From Azolla caroliniana (taxonomy: Eukaryota > Plantae > Polypodiophyta), in assembly GCA_043228905.1 (NCBI GenBank), contig JBHGNT010000009.1, positions 5,084,001 to 5,148,000 of the forward strand: a DNA stretch of 64,000 bases, written 5' to 3'. A program made the position numbers and the translations under genes. Numbering within the stretch: position 1 is the first letter of the stretch; each line of letters begins with the position of its first letter. Below are positions 12,160 to 25,452 of this stretch, piece after piece. The notes under the pieces were generated by a model that saw nothing but the letters and a program-made list of their open reading frames with translations, did no database searches and was not told where the DNA came from.

Positions 12160-14767
12160 GACATTTGAATGTAGAAAAAACAATTTTACTCATGATTTTT
12201 GTAATACAATGTTTTCATAATAAACATGGGAGAGGACAAGAAGGCCTATATATTTTGGGGCTTCCACCTTTCTTGATTTGTTGTATGCACGACGTGTGCC
12301 ATGAACAAGGATGTATAGTCACAAGAGACCATGTTGATGTTGTGAGCCTTCTTCATTGTGAATACACATACTAGCGAATGCCTGATACATATGTGGGGAC
12401 TTCCCATCCACTATTATTGTATGAGCAAATGTTGGATGTACTATCGTAGTATGCCATAAATGGGGAGTTAGGCCATGGTTTGAATTATGTTGACCATAGG
12501 GAGGGCACGGTTACATGCAAGTAGATTGGGTTGCATGCTCAACCAACTTATGTCAATCTATTAAGGACATTGTTTAACTATATTTCACACTATGAACGTA
12601 TAATCTATACTTGTCTTTCATATTGTTTTCATTATGCATGTTTTTCTTAAACATTGATAATGAAGCTGATCTCTTAGTTAGATCATCAATACAAGTTGTT
12701 CACCTATTTTAGTCATACATTTTTCCATAATTTATGCACATAATGTACATAAAATCCAAATTTATGATGACATGTACATAATTATCCAATTTATTGAGCA
12801 AAACTCTAACAATTGGCATATTTCATGTGACATGTCTAAGCTATTTGAACTTATCATGATCTTGTGATTAGTGCAAAGTACTAATAACTCTTCCACTTGG
12901 CTATGGGAAGTTGTGGAGAAGACTCCTTGTGTACTTAGCGAAATTAGACATTGACATTGACTTTGTTCATGCTAGTTTTGTCTTGGATAAAAACTTCCTA
13001 AAGTGTACCTATTGGCATCATTTACATTTCTACTTCTACCACTCTTTACTTCCTGAAATCACTTAAGCTTTCTTGGAAGAGCAATAGGAGTGTGCATAGG
13101 AATAATGAGTAAATCTAATTGATGATCCTCAACCAGAGGAACTCCCCAAAACTTTTGATAATGATGACAATCGATAAGTTATGCTATGTACCCTTTGCTT
13201 AGCTTGCTCCATAATGTTTTTTGGGGTTCAAGGAGAAACCATGAGCTTGGACATGAATGACAAGGCTTCATGACAATATTCCCTCTAGTTATTAAAGTTT
13301 ATTTGGGATCATAGGTGGTGGCATTGCCATGAGTAGCAATTAGTTTTGCAATGTCTCCATGAGCTAAACTATCAAATTCTTTGTGCATTGAGTTGCCAAT
13401 CCTTGTCAATTAGGTTTCATTGAGGTGTGCAAACTCTTGGCTAATGACCACATGCTTTCCATTAACGACTTCTCCCTTACACTCTAATTAAGTGTTTAAT
13501 TAAGAAATAGCAAGGGGCCAATTGTGGTGATCAAGTGCACTATAAATAATTAATTAACCATGTGTGATAAGTGATGTAAGCAAATACGCCCATGTGTTTA
13601 GATGTGCTCAATTTGTATTAGACCCCACCTCTAAGCCTTAGTCTTGGTCTATGTATCCAACTAGTTGGCTACCACAAGACAAGGCATCTTCCACCCCAAC
13701 TAGTGCATGATTCATTGTATGGGCTAGTTAGTCAAGCAAACAAAGTGTTGTCAAATACCTAGCCAAGGTAACACTTGATGAACCGATGTTTCTGTACGGT
13801 CAACCGACACTTCTCGATAGATAACCAAGTGTCCTCAAAAGCCAATTTAAAATAGAATAATGTAACCATTTTCGTCCATTTCATCACATGATATGTCGAG
13901 AAGGTTAAGATCTGATCTTTTTTAACAAGTGAACTACATGGTACTAAACATGTCAGATCCCTACAACATAGTGTTGAGTTGAGTAAGTCTCTTCGTCTCT
14001 AGAGAAATCTAGAAAATGTTCACTACGAGGGGACAACAATAATAAAAGGCATTTGTAGTGGTAAATCCAATAGAATTCTAGATACCATATGATAATTATT
14101 ATTTTAACCTCATCGTTTTATTGGTACATAGATTTAAACTTGACCTAGATTTATGTAAAAGCCACCTTGTATAGTGGTTTTGTAATAATCTCTCCTAACT
14201 AATGGGAAAGCAACTTTGTTTTGGAAAAAAAACTCAACCTAGAGGGTATATAATCAATGTTCATGTATATATTTTATTATAGTTAGAGCTCCAAGCATGG
14301 ATGTATTGTCAATCTCATCATTTAGCCCATCAACATCATGTTAAAAAGAGATTAGTCATAAACTTTTGATTGATTGTTCTAATTATTCTTGAAATGTGAG
14401 TTATTGTTTTCCATGCATTGCACTTTCTTGAGGGGTTGCAATCGCTGAAACATGATGATTTTGAATGTGACAACAACCTTGGAGCAAACTCTAAAAGTTA
14501 CCAGGGTTTAACTAAAATTTAAAGGAGGGTTTTACAAAATGCAATGGAAGCAAAAAATCAAACACTACTAATTGTCAAATCATTTAACACTAGTGCGCAA
14601 ACATTCCACATAATTAATAAGGACATCACGTTCTACCATAGACTTATGTAAGAAATCACTCAATGTAATCCATCATGTCATAATCCTAGAAGAAAGTTTA
14701 TGATCACTTATATGCCATCTACTAGGTAGGTCCCAAAAGATCAATACAAATAAAGGATTATACCACA

Positions 14768-15034
14768 CTAATACATTACCACATGATCATAAATGCCTTT
14801 AAACATAGAGGTATGGTACGTCCATTTATTAATTACGGTATGGTTCAATGTCAAGTTGTTAAGAGATGATTGTATATCCTCAAAAGCCCTCTGAAAAAGT
14901 GCGCACATATTTATGTCAACACAAAGCCCAAAAGGCATATGATGCCAAACAACGATACTCCAAATCAATATAGTTGGCTTTTGTATTGCACTTAGATACA
15001 GAAGTAGTCTAAAGTTTAGGGAACTTATGAGCAT
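14768..15034 (-). mobile_element. Highly degraded Gypsy RT relic
   Basis: MPFGLC...ALFQRA resembles the Ty3/Gypsy RT motif MPFGLxNAPxxFQR; the rest is unrecognisable. Confidence 0.3.
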
Positions 15035-15358
15035 TCTTATGTGAAAAAGTATTGTTGATGCAATGAGGCCATGTTGTCCTCTTGAGCCCCATCTTAGTAT
15101 TATTTATGTGAATGCTATTGTCATTGTAATGGGGGGTTGCACAACATGAATTTGTGGCAAACAACCTTATTGACTAAACTACATTGGAAAAGTCTCCATC
15201 TCTCTCCCTCTTAATACCTTTTAAAATAGAGTAAAGCTTTTAGGGCTAAATTAATGATTTTAGAGGTAACGAATGTTGGTATCGAACATGTCAACAATAC
15301 AATGACCATGCACACATTTGCATCAACATTGACATCCACATTGGTGTGTATTTATGTG

Positions 15359-15386
15359 TTTAGGGTTTAGGGTTTAGGGTTTAGGG
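15359..15386 (+). repeat. Interstitial plant telomere repeat (TTTAGGG)4 / telo-box cluster
   Basis: Four perfect TTTAGGG units ~560 bp upstream of the CAS ATG. Confidence 0.85.
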
Positions 15387-15627
15387 TTCAAAACACCCAT
15401 CTCTTGTTTTTTTTATTTCCCTGTATGCCCTTTACAATATTTCATTATTCTCCTTGAATTCGTGCTAGGGTAAACTGTCTCAATGATAGAAATGTGGATA
15501 TCTCTTGGATAGTTGTCTCATGGCAGTTATATCGACGACATTAGCGTAAGCGTTCATCGGCTGATGTTTCCATACATAATAAGAAAAGAGACATGTCCAA
15601 AATTCTTGTGTATGTGTGTGATGAAAA

Positions 15628-15772
15628 AAGCTCAGGGGTATTTTGGGAGATAAAGGAAAGCTCAGGGTTATTTTGGGAGATAAAGGAAAGCTCAGGGGTA
15701 TTTTGGGAGATAAAGGAAAGCTCAGGGGTATTTTGGGAGATAAAGGAAAGCTCAGGGTTATTTTGGGAAATA
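15628..15772. repeat. 30-bp minisatellite, ~5 copies, upstream of CAS
   Basis: ctcaggg(g/t)tattttgggagataaaggaaag starting at 15631, 15661, 15691, 15721, 15751. Confidence 0.95.
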
Positions 15773-15856
15773 CGAAAAATGACAGATAAAAGAAGAAAAA
15801 GGATCATATATACATATGTATAATAAATTTGTTTGTTTGTGTGTGTGTGCTCTGTT

Positions 15857-15892
<36 letters not shown>

Positions 15893-15942
15893 ATTAGATC
15901 TTCTCTCATTCAGAAGAAACAAGGGAGGAGGAAAGAGGAGAG

Positions 15943-16468
15943 ATGTGGAGGTTGAAAGTTGGTGCCAATGACACCGTGTCTCAGACATGGTTGAGTAGCT
16001 TGAATGACCATGTGGGCCGCCAGACATGGGAATTTGATCCTTCCCCTCCCAATCCCTCCGATTTGATCGAAGTGGAAAAGGCTCGCCAAGAATTCGCCCA
16101 ATATCGTTTCACCCGGAAACATAGCGCCGATAAGCTAATGCGCTTGCAGGTAATCGTGGATCTCTCTCTGTCTTTTCATACAAGCGGGTGTATCTAAATT
16201 TATGCGAGCATGTATTTATGCATTTGTGTATACATGTATGAATATGTAAATGTATATGTATGTGGAGGTCTTGGGGTGACATGCAATCACAAAATGTACG
16301 TTTTCTTATGTATCTGAAAGTGTTTGTTTCATGGATTCATGTATGTATGCATTTATGTATCTATGTTAAAATTCCAATCAACACTTGTTTAGATCCACAG
16401 TTCAATGTTACATTAAGATGTCAGTAGATTTTTTGAACTTGTCAGCCAGAATATGTACGTATGTACAC

Positions 16469-16502
<34 letters not shown>

Positions 16503-19500
16503 CTTTTTCTCTCATTTGTTTGCAGCCCTTAAAAACGGCAGATCTAATATTTGAACTTAGCTGTTGGTAACATTTGAAAATATACTTGTATATAAATCCA
16601 TCTATCTATGTGTGGATGTATGTACATGCAAAAGTGTATATATGCATGCATACTACTAAAAACGTTTGCATAGGCATGCATATGTATGCATGTTTCTCTT
16701 CTCTGACGTTTGATTATATCTGTCTGCATGTCATACACTAAAATGTAGCTGAACTTGCCGGTCAGAAGTATCTATATAGAGAATGCAATCCGATCGAAAG
16801 ATATGAAACTTTCTACTAGATTCCCATAACATTTATAGCGTTTTCTCAATTGCATACATGAAAGTAAAATGAAGGAAACACTTATTAAAGTTCTAAATTT
16901 AGGTTCTTGCAAGGCTTTGGAAAGAGGGACTTTGACGGTCTTGAAGATTTACGATCCATCTTCATGGGGAATATACATCTGTGGAAAGTTAAACAAAATG
17001 ATCCTCAAAAAATGATCCTTGCTATGTTTGACCATGCCACAGGAGGAAGTGACATGTCTATTGCACCTTTCAATTCACGGAGAATTTGTTCAAAATTTTG
17101 TTGATTTGTTCAAAAACATGGGACTAACTTCCTCATGAGTTGGTAATCATATTATCGATGTCTAAAACAGACAGAATCAAGGACACACAAGTGTATTCTC
17201 TAGTCCACGTTAAGATTGCATTACTAAGCCAATATCATACCTGGATTAGATCCATATTTATTGGGGCACATGGGTTTTGAAAATATAGTAAGTTTAAAGG
17301 GAATGTTTAATTTTGTGGGGAATTCCCCTGCTCGAGGCTAATCACACAGAATTTACATTCTATTGCAAATCACATTGTGTCTCTTGATGTTAGAGCATGT
17401 TAATTAGAATACCGCTTAATATGCCACAGTTGCCATTGCTTTTATGCATGTTTTGTGATGAAAGTTGATGGGGAAATGAATGCCAATTCTTATTATGTTT
17501 ATGTTCCATTTCAAATACATTTAATTTCGATATTATATTATATTGTATATGACAAATCTTAACATGCAACAATTCTGTTTGTTTTTATGCAGTATGAAAG
17601 AGAGAACCCTTTACCACCCCTTCCGGAGAAAATAAAGGTTAAACATGAAAATGAAATAACTGAAGAAGGGATCACAACTACCTTAAAGAGAGCTGCCTTG
17701 TTTTATTCAACCCTTCAGGCTGAAGATGGCCATTGGGCTGGTGATTATGGTGGCCCAATGTTCTTACTTCCTGGATTGGTAAGGTTCAACCAAAATCGTA
17801 TTGCTGAAGAAACTAATTAAGGTGTAGGATCTTTCATCTTGACATATATAGATTTTTTGTAGGTGATTTCACTTTATGTAACCGGTGCACTGAACACTGT
17901 TCTATCAGAGGCCCATAAGGAAGAGATAGTTCGATATCTTTTCAATCATCAGGCAAGTGTAGCTTCAATCACAAGGTCTATGTGGCTTTTGTTTTTGCTA
18001 TATTGGTTATATTTCAGAAAAATTAGTAACGTAATGAACAGAAATACAGACACATATGCATAATGTATTGCTTATGCGTATGTTACATATTGTATATATA
18101 TGCATAATGTAATTATGGATGTATATATGCATAATCTATGTACGTATGCTATTTACTGTATGTAATATGCATAATGTTTGCATGTACATATGTTATGTAT
18201 GTTTGCATTGTACGTATGTTATGTCTGTCTGTCTGTCTGTATATATGTATGTTATGTATTGCATGTATGAACGTTATGTATTCTATGTATGTTGATGTTA
18301 TGTATTATGTGTATATATATACATTATGTACACATATAATTATGTGTATATGTTTTAGCTTAAATGTTCATGCAAGTGTCACGTTCATTTCATGCTTTCT
18401 AGTCAATAACATGCATTTTCTAAATGAAATATATACATATGTGTATATCAGAACGAAGATGGTGGTTGGGGTCTGCATATAGAGGGTCACAGCACTATGT
18501 TTGGATCAGTTTTGACATATGTGACTTTAAGGCTTTTGGGACAAGATCTTGATAGAGCTGTGAATCAAGGCATGGAGAAAGGGAGATCATGGATATTAAA
18601 ACATGGAGGAGCTACTACTATCCCGTCATGGGGAAAATTTTGGTTGTCTGTAAGATTCTGCTAATCTCTATTGTCTTTTATCTATGAGGATTGATGATAC
18701 AGTTGTAATAAGTTCGTTATTATAGGTCCTTGGCGTTTTTGATTGGGCTGGAAATAATCCTTTACCTCCAGAGATTTGGCTACTTCCCTATTTCCTCCCA
18801 ATACATCCAGGTCACTAATTGCCATGCTATTTTTTACGAAAGACAGCTTCTTGAGAAAGTTTATTTCAGATCTCTTCATTTGTATCATATTGGGTTCCTG
18901 TATACACTCTTCCTTTCAGGGAGAATGTGGTGTCATTGCAGAATGGTGTACCTGCCTATGTGCTACATCTATGGGAAGCGTTTCACAGGAAAGTTAACTG
19001 AGACTGTTCTGTCCCTAAGGAAAGAGTTATTCCATTCACCATACGATACCATAGACTGGAACAAGGCAAGAAATGAGTGTGCGAAGGTATGCCGCTTTTT
19101 TTTGGGTCTGTTTGGTTTATTAGTTGTCGAGTATCTAAAAGTTAGCCCATTATTTCTGATTACTTATTGATAGGAAGATCTGTACTACCCTCATCCTCTT
19201 GTACAAGATATTCTGTGGGCAACACTGCATAAAGCAGTGGAACCAATCCTAATGCATTGGCCAGGGTCCTCATTCCGTAAGAGAGCCCTTGATACTGTAA
19301 TGAAGCACGTGCACTATGAAGATGAGAACACTCGATACATCTGCATTGGACCTGTCAACAAGGTAGAGTAGACCGAATGCAGGAATTCTGATTGTCGATA
19401 AAGATGATGTATAATCTAAATATGCTTAAGCAGTTCAGGCTTTGAATATGCTCTGTTGCTGGGTGGAGGATCCAAATTCAAGCGCTTTTAAACAGCACTT

Positions 19501-22500
19501 GCCTCGGATTGCAGATTATCTATGGGTTGCCGAAGATGGCATGAAAATGCAGGTGTAAAAAGTGTAAATAGAAAAGAGAGATTTTGCAATAAAATTGCAA
19601 TACAATGCTCTAACTGCTCACATTGCCTAAGTCATGAATACAGGGCTACAATGGGAGTCAATTATGGGATACTTCCTTTGCTGTTCAAGCTCTCATTTCC
19701 ACAGAGCTTCTGGATACATGTGGACCCATGCTGAAGAAAGCACATTCTTTCATTGATAAAAGTCAGGTGAGTCTTCCTCAGATGAATTGAAGGTTCTTAT
19801 CATTTTAAATACCTCAATATCAGCTTTTCTAAAAGATGCACTTTTTAGGTAAGAGATAACTGTCCCGGAGACTTGAAATATTGGTATAGACATATCTCAA
19901 AAGGTGCATGGCCTTTCTCTACAAGAGACCATGGATGGCCTATCTCAGATTGCACATCTGAAGGCCTTAAGGTGACCGTCTTTCCTCACAAAGAACCTTA
20001 CTGTGTTTTTTATATTTCTTCCTATCTTATGTATCTGTTGTATGTAGGCTGCACTAGCACTGAGTAAATTGCCAACTGAGATTGTTGGAGACGCCATACC
20101 AGCTGAACGTATTTATGATGCTATAAATACTCTTTTATCTTATCAGGTACAACTCTCTTGTAATAAGACATGGAATTTTAAAGTGATTGGCAGCTATTTT
20201 ATTTAAAACTGCATGTTTTTTCTTTCAAGTTGCTATTATTGATGAAAAGCTTTATGTAAATCTCATTAATATGTCTGTCGTTCTAAAATCAGAAACACCC
20301 AATAAACAATTGGTAAATGAGAAGAGTGAAGTATCATATGCTGATAGGCTTAATCTATCAGTATATGTAAAATATTGGTAACTGCAAAGAATGTCAATGG
20401 TTGAAGACCAGTCGTAATTTTTATCTTGTATTGATTAGACATAACTAATGAATTAAAAGCCTACTTATTTTCATGTAATCAATTAATATTATAATTTTTT
20501 GTATGTCACAAAGGTTCTATAAAATAGCATGTCTTTATGCTAGTGTAGAAAGACATTGAATAATATAGTTTTTGTTCATGGAGGAGGATTTACTTTTTAC
20601 AGGATTAGAAGCATCTTATTATCATATTCAATTATCATGTGCTGTCCCATTTTTCAGAATGCCAATGGTGGAGTTGCAACGTATGAGTTAACTCGATCAT
20701 ATCCTTGGTTAGAGGTATATCCTCACTATAAAGATTTTTTCTCAATTAGATCCTGTCAAGGGTTGTGTTTTACTTTTAAAATTTGACCTCAAGATATTGT
20801 TTGCATCAAGAATTAAAGATTGGTAGAACACATCATGTTTTCTTATGAATTTTTGTGCATTCTGTGATGATTGATTGTTGTTCAGATAATTAACCCAGCT
20901 GAGACATTTGGGGACATTGTCATCGATTATCAGTAAGTTCGATCATAGTTTTACTTGGCTTACATGGTGGTGACGATAAGGTGCTCGAAATATTTTACTA
21001 TGCAGATACGTTGAATGTACCTCTGCAGTCGTGCAAGGACTTGCAAACTTCAAAAAGCTGTATCCAAAGCACCGCACTGAGGAGATAAATAATTGCATTC
21101 GAAAAGCTGCTGCATACATAGAAAGCATTCAAAGAGAGGATGGCTCATGGTAGGAACGCTTCGCAATTGATGTTATAATATAAAATAAATGCAACATATG
21201 CTAAGAAGTGGATTTTCAGTTGATTAAAATTAATGCACTTTATGCTAATAACTGAGGGAATTATTGATCAATGTCATAATGTGAAAATAAATACCAATAC
21301 ATATATGCGAAGAATTGGAATATCATATTTCTGAAAATAAATGCAACAAGAAGTGGAAAAGCATTTGTGATTGATATCATAATATTAAGAAGTATGCGAC
21401 ATATGTAAGAACCGGAAAACAATTTGCTATCCTGAGCTCAGAAGAAAATGGGAATTTGTACAGGTACGGAAGCTGGGGTGTTTGTTTTACATATGGTGCA
21501 TGGTTTGGTATTTTGGGATTGGTTGCAGCTGGCCAATCTTATGAGACCTCAAAAGCAATCCGAAAGGCATGCAGCTTTCTTCTTTCCAAGCAGCTTCCAT
21601 CAGGTGGATGGGGTGAAAGCTACTTGTCTTGTCAGGATAAGGTAGGAAAAATGCGGGTTTTCAGGTCTGTTATGTCATAATTGTCAATGCAAATTCCAGC
21701 ACGTTTCTAAGAAATTTCTTTTGGGTTTCCTTGTTTACTTATTGTCTATTAAGGTGTACACAAACCTTCCCAACAATCAGGCACATGTTGTACATACATC
21801 TTGGGCCGTTCTGTCTCTTATCGGTGCTGGACAGGTATGGGTGATTGTCCTTTAAAGAGTAGGGCAGGGAGCACTTTTCTTCTATATGGTTGATGCTAAA
21901 TTATGGCGTAAGTTTGTGCTAAAAATTATTAGTAAGGGCCATAGTTATTACATGAATGTGCTAAGGTTGAGGAATCATGCTTAAAAGGAACATAGTTCAG
22001 ATTGGTGAATGTGAGTTTGATTTTTGAGGTACAATTCTAAGATAATTTTACATTGCCATGAATGTATTTCTAATCAAACGCCGAAGGATTTCATAAAAAT
22101 GCCAAGATTTTAGTGTCGCATCAGAAGTGAATTGATAGAGTGAAAACCATGCCAAACGTGTAAATAAACATAAAACTAGTGTGTTTTTCCAAATATATCT
22201 GCAATAATCTGTGATATGATTGGCATGGATATTTTGTGGTGTTGCACAGGCTAAAAGGGATCCAATGCCTCTTCATAGAGCAGCATGTGTTCTGATTAAT
22301 TTGCAATTCGAAAATGGCGATTATCCACAGCAGGTGAGGAGAGATGGAATTCCTCAATTATATATAATTTCATGAATTGCAGTATATATTTATACACAAT
22401 GGTATGGATTATTTGCGCATTTCGCTCATTTGATCAAAACATCGTGCCAGGAAATCACGGGTGTTTTCAATCGCAATTGTATGATTTCGTACTCAGCATA

Positions 22501-22561
22501 TCGAAATATCTTCCCCATTTGGGCACTAGGCGAGTATAAACGGCATGTCTTAAAAGCATGA
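15943..22561 (+). CDS. CAS1: Cycloartenol synthase (2,3-oxidosqualene cyclase), 760 aa, 18 exons
   Basis: Exons 15943-16149, 17593-17778, 17863-17952, 18452-18649, 18726-18810, 18920-19086, 19174-19362, 19439-19552, 19644-19766, 19849-19971, 20048-20146, 20658-20714, 20886-20932, 21006-21149, 21464-21641, 21754-21834, 22250-22333, 22451-22561; 2283 nt, open. Motifs: [50 protein letters not shown] repeats. MWCHCR plus the Tyr/His/Ile triad are cycloartenol-synthase signatures. Confidence 0.95.
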
Positions 22562-24068
22562 TTGATAGAAGAAGAAAGGAAGGGTTTGAAACAGAATCTT
22601 GGCTCAGATAGAGACCGAATGCCTTGGATTTGTATTGAAATAGAAATTAAGGATGAAGATAAGTTATTATTACTGGGTAACACATTATATTAATGATTTT
22701 TTTGCTTCGAATTGAGATATGTTTAGTCTCTTTGGCAAGTCACAGGCTTTCTCACTTGTTTGGATTTGCACATGCTAACTATTGAGCCCACATGATCTGC
22801 TACGTTAGGGTCATTCATAGCATTGATTCATTCATGTGGTGCTCCTTCAAGACATTTTCAGCTTTTATTTATTTATTAAGGCTAGCTGACAATTTCAGCC
22901 CAACTTCAGCCTTTTTTGAAGGTTTGCATAGTTGCTAGCAATCCCTCTTTGTGTGTCCTATCTCAATGTTTTCTGTCCTAAGGGAGAGCGAATAAATAAT
23001 GTTGCTGCAAGATAAGAACATTCTTTCATGAGTTGGATTATTATATATGGGACCACGAGAACGAAAGTTTCAATGTTTGGAAAGCATTTTATGCTAGGTG
23101 TGATTAATTAGGTATTCTCACAAATTTGGATTGTGCAATGGTGGTAATAGTCGGGCTGTGATGTTTTTTTCATCTTTCTTGGTGTTTGTGATTCAGTTTC
23201 CACAACATTGTATCATCATTAATTTATATACCAAAGTTTTAAATATAATGTTAAGTGTATCACCATCCATGCTGCTATGCTGCAACTCTTGAAATCCAAC
23301 AAGTTCCACAAAATCTAGTTGATGGGAAGAGCATATTCTAAACCAGTGTTTAAAACTAGAATTCCTGATTTCCAAAATGTTTGAGATGATTAAAGTGTAG
23401 ATAGTAGATGTTTCTACAGTTGCAGTTCCCCTAAAGTCATGGTATCACCTTGTTTTCTTATCATTGCCTATGTATTGATTCAAGTAGTTTCCTTTTTTTC
23501 AAATCCATTTCTAATATGTGAAGTGTTCTGATGTGCCATCAAATTCATTTGTGAAGGAAGATTGAAATAGTTTGCTGTAAGTGCATAAAATTGTTACACT
23601 AGTATCTCCAAATGTTATAGTTTTGTAAAAGATATAGAGAGTCAAAGCAAGTTATGCTTGAGGAGGATTGATGATATGAAGTGTTTAGCCTTCAACTATT
23701 GTTTATTGATTGAATCAAAATGCTAAAATGTTTTGAATTGAAGTGGGCCATGAGATAAAGCATGTACATGGGCACGTGTGACCTCAAAACGAAAACAATT
23801 GGAAAGGTACAAAGATTAAGGAAAACAATGGAACTATAATGTGTGGAGTATTAAGGTCTAGCAATGATAAGGGAGGGGGTTTGATTGTATATAGTGTATG
23901 GAACATCAAATGCATTCATAGATGCCTCAAGTACATTAGGTACATAGATATGATACGCATACCGAAAGGGTGTAATTTGGGGGCAACTCCACATGGGCAT
24001 GGGTTGTTTGGGAGCAGTTTGTTGTGAGAGGAGAGGTTGATCTTGGTGATTGTGTTGGTCCATTGACA

Positions 24069-24315
24069 CATGTTCATTCAAGGGTGTCATCAAGTTACCC
24101 CTGAGTGCGTTCTCGAGGCAGCTGATCTCCCACCAAGAGCCTCTATCGTAAGCAGGCTAAGTTGCATGTAGTAGTTAAAGTGTATGCGTGGGGATGCATG
24201 TTCATTCATGGGTGTCATCAAGTTACTCTTGAAGTGCATCCTCGATCCAGCCTATCTACCAGGAAGAGCCTCTATTATAAGCACTAGTAGGCTAAGCCGT
24301 ATGTAGTAGTTAAAG
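24069..24315. repeat. Degenerate direct duplication, two ~115-bp copies ~128 bp apart
   Basis: catgttcattca.gggtgtcatcaagttac...gagcctctat...ggctaag...atgtagtagttaaag at ~24069 and ~24197. Confidence 0.8.
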
Positions 24316-24438
24316 AGTAGATGATGATGTTCTACGTTCTCTTGGAGGGCTATTATGTTATCTATGAAGGATACATTTAAGCATGTGTGTATGTATGTAT
24401 GTATGTACATATTTGAGAATGGCATTTGGTGTAAATTG

Positions 24439-24837
24439 TAACAATTGGCAACAGTTCGGTTTGAACCGAACCGAACCGTGAAACAACGGGTTAACAGTTT
24501 GATGGTTTAAAAATTTGTAAATAAATTTTTTAACAACCTTCTCATTTTTAAGCCTAATTCTCACATTATAGGAAAAATCTTTAGAATTTTACAATTTAAA
24601 ATTTGAATTTTGAACTAAGTTGAAAAAATTGAAATCGAGCCACGAAACCGCAGTTTTAGTGGTTTTAGGGTGTAACGGTTTGGATTTGGACCCAATGGTT
24701 CAGTTTTAACGGTTTCGGGTTTAATGGTTTCGTGGTTCGGTTCAGGTTTCGAAAGATTTTAAGGCTCGGTTTCAAACGGGTTCGGGTTGGACACTCTCGA
24801 ACCGAACCGAACCGAACCGAACCGTTTCCGATTGGTA
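24439..24837. mobile_element. Non-autonomous hAT-type element (MITE-like), 399 bp
   Basis: 8-bp TSD GTAAATTG (24431-24438, 24838-24845); imperfect TIRs taacaattggcaacagttcggtt / rc taccaatcggaaacggttcggtt; subterminal AACCG arrays. Confidence 0.85.
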
Positions 24838-24990
24838 GTAAATTGTGAGGCTATTTTTATAAATTCCTCAAACCCTGGTGTTCGCAAGAAAGAATGCCTA
24901 CCCAAGTGAGAGACAGAAACAGAGACAGAGACAGAGACAGAGAGACTCAGAGATTTCGATTCCCACCACAGTGTAATCTGCCCCCCCCAG

Positions 24991-25037
24991 AAACCCTAAT
25001 TGCAGCATGCGTCCAATCAACAATTAGAAAACCCTAA
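24991..25037 (+). promoter_or_regulatory. Two telo-boxes (AAACCCTAA) in the SMU2 5' region
   Basis: Exact AAACCCTAA at 24991 and 25029; typical of plant translation and RNA-processing genes. Confidence 0.6.
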
Positions 25038-25159
25038 ATTTCTCCCTGCACACACCCAAACTTCCAGCTTTGCCAAACCCCCCCCCTCCCCCCCCCCTAC
25101 TTCTGTCTCCAGAGAGAAACCTTAAATTTTCTGCAGAGAGTGTTAAGAGTGAGAGAGTG

Positions 25160-25401
25160 ATGGTTGCAGAGGAGAGTACACCCATGTCGAACCCTTTGCC
25201 GCCGCCTCCGAGGCCACCTCGAAGCAGCAACAGGGACAAAGACAGAGACAGAGACAGAGACCGGGAATCTGTCCGTGCTGAGAATCTTTCCAACGATGAT
25301 TTCCGACGAATGGTCATGGAAACTCCTCGACGCACCGACGATCCTCACCTCAAAGATCGATCTCGCGGGTAGTTTCTTTTCGCTGATTTTAATCTGTTTC
25401 C

Positions 25402-25452
<51 letters not shown>

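Noticed and set aside
15359-15386. Telomere or chromosome-fusion scar
   Set aside because: Only 3-4 units here and at 56120; consistent with telo-boxes or short interstitial repeats.
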